Under the pieces are notes generated by a model. It was not told where the DNA came from. It searched no databases and saw nothing but the letters and a program-made list of their open reading frames with translations. A stretch of DNA of 64,000 nt, taken from Dicyema japonicum. Taxonomy: Eukaryota > Animalia > Dicyemida. Position numbers and translations under genes: made by a program. Position 1 is the stretch's first letter, and each line of letters starts with the position of its first letter. Shown here piece after piece: positions 49,148-61,814 of this stretch. Location of the stretch: positions 144,324 to 208,323 of the forward strand of contig RDEW01000047.1 in NCBI GenBank assembly GCA_011109175.1. The letters run 5' to 3'.

Positions 49148-49530
49148 ATGATATTTATACTATTTCCTAACCATTTTCTTACTTTATGTGTATTCTGTCC
49201 TAACATGGGGGAGCTGGGAGACATATAGCTGAGTTGCTCTTACAGTCATCATTATTTTATCCAATTCAGGGACAAATGCCAAGAAGATCACAGCTATCCA
49301 GAAAAAGGTATACAATCAGTCGACTATTGAGGGCAACGACTCCCACCAAACATTCGTGAAACCACAGGGTACCCGCTACGTCATGAATGGGTAGCTCTCT
49401 GTCCATCAAGGGATTGTGTGAGTTCAATGGAGGAAGAATTGGCAAAAATACTATTCGTGTGAAAGCCGTCGTAAGTTAGAAGGGGTTGTTTTAAAATTAT
49501 TTAATTTTATTACCAAGACAACAGCATAAA

Positions 49531-52500
49531 ATGAATCCCCATATTACCTACGATAATAGAGTTATATTACAAAATGCGAACAAACAGTTCGAAGACACAA
49601 AATTCCAATTGCGGAAAAACTGCGGAAATATACAACCGGGAAGAAAAATCAACTAGTTCCAATATAATAATTCTAGTTTATCAACAATATTCGAAATTAT
49701 AAAAAATTTCAAAAAATCCTTTAGCGCCCATGAGTACTATGACAAGTTACTTGAAATTTGTGACTTTTTATTTTCCTTGAAAGTATCCTGAATATAAAAT
49801 TGTCAGGAATACAAAATCATCATCTCTACGTGTCTTACAGATTATTTTGAAACCGTAGACATTCTGCCTTCTCATAAAATTTTTGAAGATCTTTTGACTT
49901 TGAACGATACTGAAGAATCATTTTCATATTTCGTTTTCTTTTTTTATCATTTTAAGATGAGATTTATTATTTATTACATTCGCTGTAAATTTGAAATTAT
50001 CAGAGAAGATGACTCAGAACTGAAAAGTCCCGCCTCCCTTAACATACTTGAAAAGAGTCTCTGTTATTTGAACTCCATCAATCAAAAAGTATTCGACTGC
50101 GAGGGATATGAGACTATTTTGTTTAACTGTATCACTTTAACTAATTTTTTGGCTCTACTTTAATATTCAACATTTCCAAGCATCTGATGGCTTTAAACCA
50201 TGCGAATATTGTTTCCCAATTTCCTAAGTTTAGGCCGCCCCCTTCATTACTTCTGCCGTTGAGCTAATGGATCAGCCATCAACCCGTCTAAAGGAAATTG
50301 AGTATTTGTTTTGGAAAGCAATGCTGAATTTTTTGTTGTGTCAATGCTACATCGACTTGAATTTGGAACATTTGATTGAGGCATTTTATTTTGCAAAGAA
50401 CTAGAAACAAGCTAATAAAGCATTATCTAACGCCACCCATCTGTCGAATTTATACAAAATTAGCTCGACTGTGATCACTCCTGATATTTCAAAAATGTTC
50501 AAAAATTCATATTTCATTGTATTTTAATGTAACATTTCAGACGAAAATAATGATCTTTCGTCAACTTATATTTGAATCGAGAAAGAAAAATCGAGGATTT
50601 TTAAAACCAAAGACAATCAACAAGGACAACCTTAACGTGACTTGAGTGAATATTTTAGGCTAATTGGCCCAGAAATAAAACTGAAAAATTACTTAATGAA
50701 ATGTTCGATTGTTCAGCCGCCAGGATTCTTGCCATAGCTGAAACTCTGGTCTTGAGAAAACGGAGATTACTTCAAAGTGTTCCTCTGGGAACTGAATTTG
50801 AAACAGACATTCTCGAACTTACGAATGAGTTGTTTGAAGCTTCAAAATTTATAATATTTGGTTTTCCAGTTTTGAATATTTCAGGACATCCGATCAAGAA
50901 AAATGACCCGAAGGGGGAAAGACACTCTATTTCCATAGAAGATGATTCCATCCTCGATCATGCATTCACTAGTAAGTTTGTCTTTGATTTAAGGTCAAAA
51001 TGTAGCCACGTTGGAAGTCATTTTTGAACTTGCAAAGATTGCCTTTAATCTCGAAAATTTCGATTATTTTGATGAGCTTTGCGATTTTATTAAAACCAAA
51101 TTTAATGTAATTTTTTTAAAAAGTAGAATTCCGATCATAAACTCAAATATATTGACCACGTGCTTAGCATTTTATCTTCAGTCAAAGTTATACGTGCGAC
51201 CTCTACCCAGCGGAAGATTTCAAGTGAATGTAAAGTCAATTTCAATATAGCAGTCTCGAATGAAGTAATCTTGACATTATTGCGGAGTCTAATCAAGCTA
51301 GCCGAGTTCAATGTAATAAATGTTAATTAAAAAAGATACCGGAATACTTTGATCTGATTGCGGATTCGACGTTCATGGTATGTGAACTAATATTGTCCCA
51401 CTTGAGAAAAATACAACAGGATTTCAAAGAAAAACTAAAAAATTATGTTTTTCAAAAAATAATTGCGGTATTAAAATAAATTCACTTTCAGTACTTTGAC
51501 ATTTTCAAAAATCTCCAGGAGATTTTTTCGAGGGTAAAAATTGGAAAAGACAACATTTTACTGTATTACGAAATATCACTGAGATATTACACGTTGTTGA
51601 TATATTCTTATCCCCAAAATGTTAAATCGAGTAAAATTTTTCGGTTATTTCGAAGATGTGGAATCTGCATTGGAGAATCTTGTGGAAGCCTCTAATGTTG
51701 TTTTATTGGTGCTGAAAACTCTGAACGAGAAGAAAAAAGATCTTTTGATTTCTTTGAACCTCGTCGACTATTCGGTATAGGGCTTTCCTTAGTTAGACTA
51801 AAACTAAGGTGGATGAAACGGAAATTCACGGAAATTTGAAATTTTTAGGAGAATTGAGCACCGAGTTGCTGCTCTACTACGCGGAAATAAATTTGAAGAT
51901 TGAAGGTTTCGAGTTATCTCCAATTAAAGACTTTTGCTGTAAGCACAATGTTGAATCTTCACTGGGGCGGCTTCACAAAAATGAGTACGAAAAAATGAAA
52001 TTATACAAAATTGCAAAAATACTGAAAAAGGAAGTTAATGAAGAGATCTTTCAAGTTTTTGAAATGCGTATTTTGTAGAAGGCCATTACAATGCTGCATA
52101 GCTATCCATCGAGGTCCAATACTCATGCGACTAAAAACAGTTCTGGGTTCTTGGAGTCACCTCAGATATTGTTGGTCTCTGAAGATGAAATCTGGATTTC
52201 TATCAACGACGATCATTTCATCAAAGATGTTGGATTAGTTAGATTCATGTAGACGGAGTATCTTCGATTATTTGGAAAGCAGGTCTCACGTGAAAACAAC
52301 CGCGTGTTTTTAAGCGACCGTGAATTCAACGGACTCGATAACTTCATTACTCGAATAAGCCCTAGAATTATCAAAATTACGGATTTACAGCCCGGCCTGG
52401 CTTACTCGTTTGCTTTGGGTGCATACAATAAACACGGAAATTTGATTAACGGAAAATTGGGAGATCAAACACCTCCAATTTTTACAGTTTTTAACGATTC

Positions 52501-55500
52501 CTTGCTTCCAATGTGGAGTCACATTTCAAAGGTAATTTCATGAACTAAATACAGGCATGCTTTGAACTTTCGTTCTACAAAACTGCCAAAATAACTTCAC
52601 AATTTGTGATTTCTGAGTTTGTCTGTTCAAATGAAAAGTTCGAATGCGGAAAAATAAATTTAGATTAGACTTTGAGTTGGTGGAGAAATCGAGTCCCTTT
52701 AAACTGAAAATACTTTTGACAAATATGCTGATATTATCGGAAATAAGGGAACAAGACAGCAAAATAATAATTTCTGTTCTTCTAAGCAACTCAGTCCATT
52801 TTGGCGATTATGTAATAATACAAAACATGCTTAGAACCGGAAACTAGAACATGGGAGATTCCTACAGCTGTTGTTGGACGTTGCAATCTACTTGGAAGAC
52901 CACGTGACTATTTTAGAAATAATAGCAAAAATATACTCGAACTATTCAATCTTTATATACAAGTTACATCATCACAATCAGATTGTGGAGGTAATCGTGA
53001 ATACTCAGACTTCAGGATCTGGTCAAATGTATCGCAGTTCTGGTTGAAATTCCGAAGAGAATTTTTTCATCAAAGATGCTGACGACCACCAATTTGGCTC
53101 AAATCACCTCTTCAATTGCATTTTATGTCATTAAAGTGATTAATTGTTGAATTTAAAGACTATGATCATTAATGGCCAAAAAGATGGTTATAATTCGGTT
53201 TACCAGTTAACACGGACATTGATGAGCGTTTTTGGGGAAGTTATGCACAAGAAAGGTGATGGGGGTGAAAATTCTTATTTAATCAACATCGACAACGCAT
53301 TTGCCTCTTGTATGGATGGAAAATATAAAAAAAAAAGTTAGCCAAGTTTTTTTACTCCAAAGTGTCTGTTATTGAGGTCGCACTTAGTGGGCAGGAAGAT
53401 ATCCCAACGGTGTTTGCCAAAATAGTTTGCAGTCCAGCAAAGATCGTGGCAAAAGAAGGTTTAAAGAAAATTTAGTTTTAGTAAATTTATTCAAAAAGAA
53501 TCCACGATATTTAGAAATCGTCTGCAAATGCCTTGGAAAAGCAATTCAAGAGAAGGAATTCAAAATTGCCACAGATTTGGTGAATGAGACAAAAACGTTT
53601 ATAAATCGGTTTTATTGGAAAATAATCTTAGGCGGTTCAACGTGAAAGAGAATGTTCGCCAGGTTGATTTTTGCGTAACTTGATAGGAAAAAAGTCCCTC
53701 AAGAGGTGTCACTAAAGTCATAGATTACGTTAATCATGTGTTATAGCGTTTAGATGAAAAACAGCTCCGAAAGTAAATTCGTCGCTGTATTTATTCTCAG
53801 TGACCTTTAGGCTGCGAGGGGATACCATAAACTATATTCAGCAACCACAAAGAATAACAGACCTGTCATTAGAAAACGACTTGAATTTGAAAACCCGATG
53901 AAAATAAAAGTAATAATTTTTCTGAATATATCAGTTCTATTTTCTTGCCGGGAAGATGGTGATTGAATCTCTTCTCAGCAAATATCAGACTTCAGGAAAC
54001 TCAAAAGAAACGGGAAACCTTAGATCATTACCTAAGAAAGAATTCTACTCTTTCGAGTCGTCCTATGTTTTATTCGATGTGGCAAAAGTAACTGAAACAA
54101 AAAAGACCACAAAAGATGCTAAAGCGATGACTGAGCTAAATCATATAAACTCGCAGCTAAATAAAGCGTTCGTGGGGTTCAGAAGAAGCATTGTATTCTC
54201 TAATTTGATATTACTAGGTTCTGTCTGATAGATGGAACGCTCCAATAGCACTAATGAACTGTGCAAAGAATATTTTTATGTATTTGGAGATTGTAGAAAG
54301 GAACTTCATAAATTATAAATCTGAGAATTCTTATGAAACCTTAAAGTCGATGGTGGCTTCGCTATGTATCATATCCGACCTCCTCTTGAATCACTGTCTA
54401 GCCAATAAAAAGTCTGCTATGGTAAGCTTTGGTGAATTTAAATGAAGGATCCTAGTGACAAAAGTGGATGTGAAATGAATCTCTGGATCCAACGATTTGT
54501 TTTAAAAGTCATCGGAATTTGTTATAGCTTGAAGAAATATGAATCTCTGATTTCTTTGTGTCTTAAATTAAGTGATTATTTCTGGTACTTTCACTGCCTT
54601 ATTTCCTAGCGACCGTGTGTGTCTCGTTACTCTTCCTCTCGCCCATTTCTGCATAAACAGTCTAATCAGCGATAAAAGTAGACCAACTTTATAATCTAAG
54701 AAATTTCTGAGATGAAAATAAAAAAATTTTTCCCGCTGGAATTCATTCAGAAATTGGAGGACCGAATAATACAGCTTACAAAAAATGACGAAAATTCTCT
54801 CAAGTTATTGACAGAAGCGAGACAGTCTTTTTCTCTTTATTTGTTGGATTTGAATAAATTTGAAAGTAATTAATTTATAAAACAAGGCGAAACTAATTCT
54901 CGGAAAATATCCTTTGGTCTATTAAAGATAAACCATCCGCTTTGTGTCGACAAGGATGAGATTATATCGAATTACACGTCTGCCATCGGTATTCATCAAG
55001 CATATTTTAGACGGACTAATAAAGTCAGAACATTGGAACCACGTGGGACGCTGTTGCTGGGAATTTGGGTTGTTTTACAAGCATGTAGATGCTACAAAGT
55101 AGTTTAATTTATCTGAGAATCAGGAAATGTTATGAAAAAATGGTTGAGGGAATATTTTCGATTTGCTTCAGAAAATGTTTCAAAAACACAAAGAATATTA
55201 TCCAGAAAGTCGAAAATTTGTCAAAGAACATGAATTTGAGTCAAAACTGTAAGGTTGTGGAAATCTTCGACTTTCTGGTGGCTGTGAATTCAGCGATTTA
55301 TATTTCACGGTTTTCTGGAGAAATATATGATTTAGATACGCCGTAGACTCTAATGAAGACAGACAGATCACATACGCCCTTGTGGCTGTTAACATCATAA
55401 AAGTCTATAATTTGAATATTTACCGCTTAGACGGTATTAGGCTTCTCTGGTCAGTTTCCCGAAAATACCAGTGATTATGCTCTGATTGAAATTGGAGAAG

Positions 55501-58500
55501 GGGCCTTTCGAAACATATTTGGATTTGACTTTGATCATAATATCCTCGACCTCGACATTCACTCCCTTGTTGATTCTCTTCTATGGCTATCGAATGTCCT
55601 ATATAATCAAGAATTCTATGAAAAGGTATCAGAAATCAATTTTTTGCAGAATTTGCCTGTTTTGTCAATTTTGGGGTTATTTCATAACAGCACAAACCAA
55701 AAACCTGAATTTTTGGTCAAAGTTCGTATTCTCAGATGCAAAACTTTGATGAAGCTCGGACTTATGAACGAGGCCATCAGTGTCTTCAAATGGATCATTG
55801 ACGATTATTCCTTTGACGAACCAATTCCACAATACAGTAAGTTTAGCAATAACTCCACCCTGGGGGATGTCGGGAATTTAAAAGTTGAATGGATTAATGT
55901 ATGCAGATTTTGGAATTTCTGATGAACAGCAAACTCATTGATAAGATGATTGGTGACGTAAAAGGTCAGTTTACATACGAAATCAATGTTCTACATGCAA
56001 TGCTGCTCTTCGAACTTGGAAAGAGTATCGACGGGTTCCCCGTATATTCAACCTCTGACCAAGTAAACAGTAACTATGAGGCTATATTGAACGATAATAT
56101 GTGTATCTGTGATTTGAGACGTAGCACTGTTTGAGACGAATTATTCCAGAAAAGTCACCTTCATGTCCAATGAAATAACCTTGAGCAACTTAAAGTATTC
56201 AATCCTCCAGAGAGCCACCACGGCACTCAATGAAGTAATAAAATCAATTGGATCTTTATCAGTCCAGCCAAGTTTTTGTTTTAACGTATTTTAGCCAAAT
56301 CTGAAACCAAACTGTTTTACCAGACAAGGTTTCTTCTGGGCGAAATACAAGCGGAGACTCATTCCCACGAGAGTAGCATCATTATTTTCAAGGAAAATAT
56401 TTCATTACTGTTTTACAGTGACGGTTTGATGTCCTTGTTCAGGTATTTTGAATGATGAATTTAGCAGATCTTACAAAACAGAGTTAACCAAGCAAAATGC
56501 GACCGTCAATAAACTGTATTTAAAAAATATAATCCGAGAGTTCCAAAGCAAAAGGGAGATCAAATTCCTTACATTGTTTGGAAGAATAATATGTTTGCTC
56601 TCCTATATTCAGTCGTCGAGGAAATTTACGACTTTTCCATAGGTCCGTGTGATTCTTACTGTTAGATACTATCAAAGATTGGATGGGGACCATTGATGAA
56701 GTAGTCACAATTGTGGAAATTCGGAATAATACTCTGGATCTCTGTGAACTGCTCTTGTTAAAATGTCGACTTATGGAAATGGGCCATTTTAACGTTTGTG
56801 AGACAATTTCATCAATTCAGGTTGTTTATCGCTTATTTTAAAGAAACTAATTGATTCTACGAATTCTGACTTTCACTCTTCGGTTAAATTTTTCCGTATT
56901 TTGTCTGCGTTTGCCAGCATTTCCACGGACTACAGTTTGACCTTCCTAAACAAGATTTCACTCCCATCAATGGAATCTGTTGAGAAAAAACTCGAAAATG
57001 CAGTTTCCGTTATAGAACAGGTAATAATGTGAGTCACCTTTTAGAACAGCATCTCCCATCTGACGATTTACNTTCAGGTTGTTTATCGCTTATTTTAAAG
57101 AAACTAATTGATTCTACGAATTCTGACTTTCACTCTTCGGCTAAATTTTACCGCATTTTGTCTGCGTTTGCCTGCATTTCCACGGACTACAGTTTGACCT
57201 TCCTAAACAGGATTTCACTCCCATCAATGGAATCTGTTGAGAAAAAACTCGAAAATGCAGTTTCCGTTATAGAACAGGTAATAATGTGAGTCACCTTTTA
57301 GAACAGCATCTCCCATCTGACGACTTACAATCCTTGCATAGAGTTCCTGGTCATGCTGAAGCTCAGATTGTCGAGTCTGAGTCTCAGAAAATTAATTTTG
57401 TTTTCAAAAGAAGGGTAATTCACTTTCAAATTTAAAGTTTATGCCAAAATACAGCTGAATTGGTCAAAATAGAACAAAACTTAACAACTCTCAAGGAGAT
57501 CTGAAGCTCAGATTGTCGAGTCTGAGTCTCAGAAAATTAATTTTGTTTTCAAAAGAAGGGTAATTCACTTTCAAATCTAAAGTTTATGCCAAAATACAGC
57601 TGAATTGGTCAAAATAGAACAAAACTTAACAACTCTCAAGGAGATTGTAAAAAATACTGACAATTCTTGTTTTCTTCTCCAAGCTGAGCTTAATTTAGAA
57701 ATCGGTGAACTCATGTATGTTACAAACTAGGATATACCCAGTGCTTCCGGTATTTGTACGATGCTGGTTATTCCAAGAACATGGAACACTTTGCCTTGGC
57801 TCATTTTCAATTCTTCAACTGCGGGATGAACTTCAAGTGAGTGATAGTTTTCAGTTTAGTTACATGAATAAGATGTTCCTCACGTTGGCCTGTGCCTGCA
57901 TCTCCCCCAAAAAAGATGGGAAATTGACCGAAACCTTAAATGTACTAGTCACGTTAATAAAGACTTGCGACGAGTTCGTCCCCGAAAGTCTACTAGTGTG
58001 GAACTCTTTGAGGGCTGCAAGTCAACTCAACTGTGAACAAATTAAACCCTCGGAGATGAAATTGAATTTATCCATATTTCCAGAGAAACACTCCACGAAG
58101 GATCTATTTTCAAGTTTGTTTTAGCCAAATTTGTAGTTGTAAAAATTGAGTCCAAAAATATTTCTCCAACATCCCCAAATGTCAAAAAGACGCTGATTAT
58201 GTCCTCCAAATCCGTTGTAGGGAACTATTTGAGTTTAATTAAAATTATTCACAATAGCCGTTCTCTCCAACTTTCAAAAAATCAGCAACAATCACTTGAA
58301 TTACATTCTCAAACCAATTTCCCGCCAAGATATCGACTCAATCTCTTTAGATAAATACGAGAACTTTTCTGTGATGACGTCATTTTATTCTTCAAAGTTA
58401 AGCCACAAACTATTTTTTCTCCATTCATTTTTAATGGTGGACAACAAAAGTATGATTTCAATGCTAAATTTTGGCTATTTCAATCTAAGTGAAAAGATAA

Positions 58501-59156
58501 AGTTGCACAGCACCCACGAAATGGTTCAAAATCAAATAAGTTCCGTTTAACCTGATTCATAGAGTCTGGATTCACACTTCAATGGTACCAACCGACATTG
58601 TTGGTGGCAGAGTTGATGAACTTTGATTTTGGTGAGGAAGGAGTGATAATGTTGTCTTCACTTCTCGTTCCAAGCAAAATCACAAAGAAGAGTCCAACCA
58701 GGAAACCGGTCTTCACAAATCGATATTTGCTGACTAATTTATCGTCTTTGAATGTAGCTAAGGAAAAGTCGACTAGAGTGTTTATTTTAGATTCATGCAG
58801 ATAAAAGTCGCATATAACGAGAATTTAAACAAGTTGCAATCCTCCCCCGAAAATAAGCAAGCCGTGACTAAAAAATGGAAGTCTTTCTTCAGTAACCAAA
58901 TAGAATCACTGATACAATCTATGGTTTGGAGGTTATGTTAAGCTAGAACTTATTGGAGAAGTATTTCTTCATTGATGAGGACCTGACCGCATTAAACGAT
59001 AAAAATTTCATAGATCGACTGGTAGTAACTGAAATAGTAATTTAGTCTTCCATCCCACAAAGAATTATTAAAAGTGGGGAAAAAATATTCTTGCAGAAAT
59101 ATGAGAACTATTTTGATGACCGGGAGGTTATTGCGTGGTTGACTAAAAGAAACTAA
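49531..59156 (+). CDS. CFAP54: Cilia- and flagella-associated protein 54; many micro-introns; start approximate
   Basis: EYYDKLLEICDFLFSLK|EYK, FVVCQCYIDL, ITDLQPGLAYSFALGAYNKHGNLINGKLGDQTPPI (characteristic block), FLVKVRILRC; C-terminal YFDDREVIAWL*. Confidence 0.8.
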
Positions 59157-59224
59157 TTGAGTAACATTTCAATAATTGATTAGATCTTTTTATTTTTTAA
59201 AATAATTAATATATTAAAAATTAG

Positions 59225-60410
59225 TAAGGAGAGACTATATTTACCCCGTGATAAATTCGGCCGTGGACTGTGTGGAGTAGTCCAACTAAGTGAGCTTATC
59301 CTAATGCGAATGCACGACACCCTGATAGCTAAGTCAAGTGTGTCTGCTAGGAAGCACGCCATAATAACGACCGAGAAAACACGGGCAACCCACCTAGGCA
59401 CTATCAGATTTTTTTTGTCTGCTAAGTATGGTGTTGATGATGGTGGGCTAGTAAATGTGAAGGCGTTGATCGAATTACAATATAATAATTTGATGGAAAA
59501 GATCAACTTAAAAAGCCTTCATAAGGTCCTTTTCAGAGCATTGGACAACCCACATGTCGACCTTAAGTCGTCGACAATATGGCTAAAATACGGTGACAAC
59601 TCACCTCGATCGGAGGCGTTGTAACGTATATGCAAGACCGCAATATTTTTTGGGGTCGATCAACAAATACATGTCCCCACTGTAAGTCAAGGAGCATGTC
59701 GGTTGATCATTTAGCCACTCGATGTGGATCCATGCTCTGCCACGACTATGTGTGGAGGCATAACGAGGTAGTAAGGAGTCTTCATCTTCTACTATGCAAT
59801 AAGTATGGTATTCGCCACACCAGAAAGTTGCGGACTCATAAGGTGCAATCTGTAGTAGAGAACACCAGGGTCCAAATTAAGGTAGACAGTGTTATCCGTA
59901 CCTCGGTGCTAGTCAAGCACAATAAACCGGACATTGTGGTACACCATAAGGAGTCTGGCCAAGTCCTTATCATAGAAGTTGGTATCACGTCTCAAGACCG
60001 TTTGCAGACTGTGGAGGTGGAGAAAAAAAGGAAGTATGACTTTCTTGCAAACGAGATGGGGCAGATGCTTGGTTGCAAGGTCCTCGTTATTCCTATAGTA
60101 ATGACGTGGGAAGAAATTGCAACAAAGTACCACAAGGGTTATCTGAAGCAGTTGGGGGTAGATAGGAAGCTCCAGGCCTATCTACAGTCCACTGTGTTAA
60201 AGCGGACCCTAGAGAGCTTGACACTGGAGTATAGGAGGCAGAGCCCTGAGATGCCATATGGGCAGAGGGTTCAATTTGACAATGCGCTCTCGGAGTTGTT
60301 TCAGCAACCAGAATCGAACCTGCCTGAGGAGGCTGGCGAACAGGCAGGCGAGGAAGGTTGTTAATTAATAAATATATTAACTTTTTTATTGTTTGTTAAA
60401 TAAAGGTCTA
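59225..60410 (+). mobile_element. R4/NeSL-like REL-endonuclease retrotransposon, 5'-truncated
   Basis: RLYLPR..GRGL; CPHC...VDHLATRC (CCHC); RHNEVVR; KPDI...IIEVGIT...EKKRKYD (PD-(D/E)xK). One in-frame stop at 59622-59624. Confidence 0.85.
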
Positions 60411-60419
60411 AAATTAAAA

Positions 60420-60710
60420 ATTAGTAATTAAAAGTTAAGAAATTTGGATGGCCATGTTGTTTCCTCTGACGATAGCTATTGAGATACGCTCTCGAAGCCA
60501 TCCAGTCTCATGTAGATCCTTGTTGACCCTCTTTGATCATTGAGCTGATCCGATGGACCAGATCACCAGCTAGTGGGCCAAAGATTCCTGAAGTCTCAAC
60601 AGCAAATAGGACAAAAAATTGATTCTCCGTTATGCTATGGTACTTCCTTCTCTTCTGATCTTCGGCTTGCTTAGAGAAATGATCTGGGTCCGAGACTGAA
60701 CGGGCAAATC
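60420..60710 (-). mobile_element. CRE-like 3' fragment (same family as 7600-7895)
   Basis: Shares gagatacgctctcgaagccatccagtctca and the 3' UTR ggccat.caa.tttcttaacttttaa with 7620-7720. Confidence 0.75.
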
Positions 60711-60839
60711 TTTTTAATTACATTGATATTTATCATCACACATCAGATATAGGGTTTCCTGACCATTAACGTCACTTTCCCGACCAATACCGTAATTAAA
60801 TTTTTAAGGGCAAAAAACAAAAAAATAAAAAAATTATGT

Positions 60840-61600
60840 AACAAGCAACAAATTAAAAAAATATGCAATGATAATTCTTTAGATAAACGTCTTGGTAAAT
60901 ACCGTATCATTCTTCTGAAAAAACCCTGAACAACCATTTTGGGGAATATTTTCGAATCCTTTTTTAATTAGAGTCAATGATTTTTTTCATTTTCAGACTT
61001 TCTCTGAAAACATAATTTTTACATGTGCTGAATACATTCTCAATGGAATTGAGAAGTGGTGAGTAAGGGGGTAAATATACAACACGTAGGTTTTCTGTTT
61101 CGATCAATTCTTTAGACCCTGTATAATCATGAATACGGACATCACAAAAAATAAAGATCAGGTTTCAGTTCCTTCTTCATAACAAAGATTTTTTAAGGAT
61201 TCCAGAAAGATCTTAAAATCCTCCACGTTAACAGATCTTTCGTTTACATGGTGGTTAAGCATACCATATTTAGGCATTGATGCATTGACTGACATATTTC
61301 TGGTTTTGAGGGCCCCTACTTGAATTTAAGCATAAAATCCTGAAACTGGTTTTCCACGTCTTGGCTTTAAGGATACTGAAAATCCCGCATCATATATAGT
61401 TAAGAATTGACAGTCGTCAACAATTAATAACAAATTATTGAATTTTTGGGCATAGTAAAATCTGTTTTCAGTAGTTACAATTTTGCCTCTGACACAGAAG
61501 TCGCCGTTTTCAACTTATAATTGAAATCTATTAGCCGTGTGTCGATTGTGCTCCAGCCACAGGTTATGGAATACCTCTCCTATACATTTTTAACATATTA
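60840..61600 (-). mobile_element. Degenerate Tc1/IS630-like (DDE_3) transposase
   Basis: NRFYYAQKF...IYDAGF; RNMSVNASM..YGML; VN.EDFKIFL; DVRIH; YLPPYSPLLNSIENVFS.CKNYV; QGFFRRMIRY. Several stops and frameshifts. Confidence 0.8.
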
Positions 61601-61814
61601 GTAATAGTAGCATCCTCGTCTATCCAAAATTTGATATGTTTATATGTTCCGTGGTTAGTTTCGTCCTACTGTCACCACCGCAAAAAGTTGTCGTGAATAC
61701 ACTCTGTTTCAGAAATTTTGAAACAATCCCCAAAATAGTTGTTTTTGAAATGTTCAAAATACGTGAAATAGTTGTATTGTCACAACATTTTTATATAATA
61801 CAATATTCTATATT

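Noticed and set aside
49250-49495. Gypsy/LTR integrase or chromodomain remnant with polypurine tract
   Set aside because: Only a vague resemblance (VQWRKNW, agaagggg-tg); no LTR pair or catalytic motifs.
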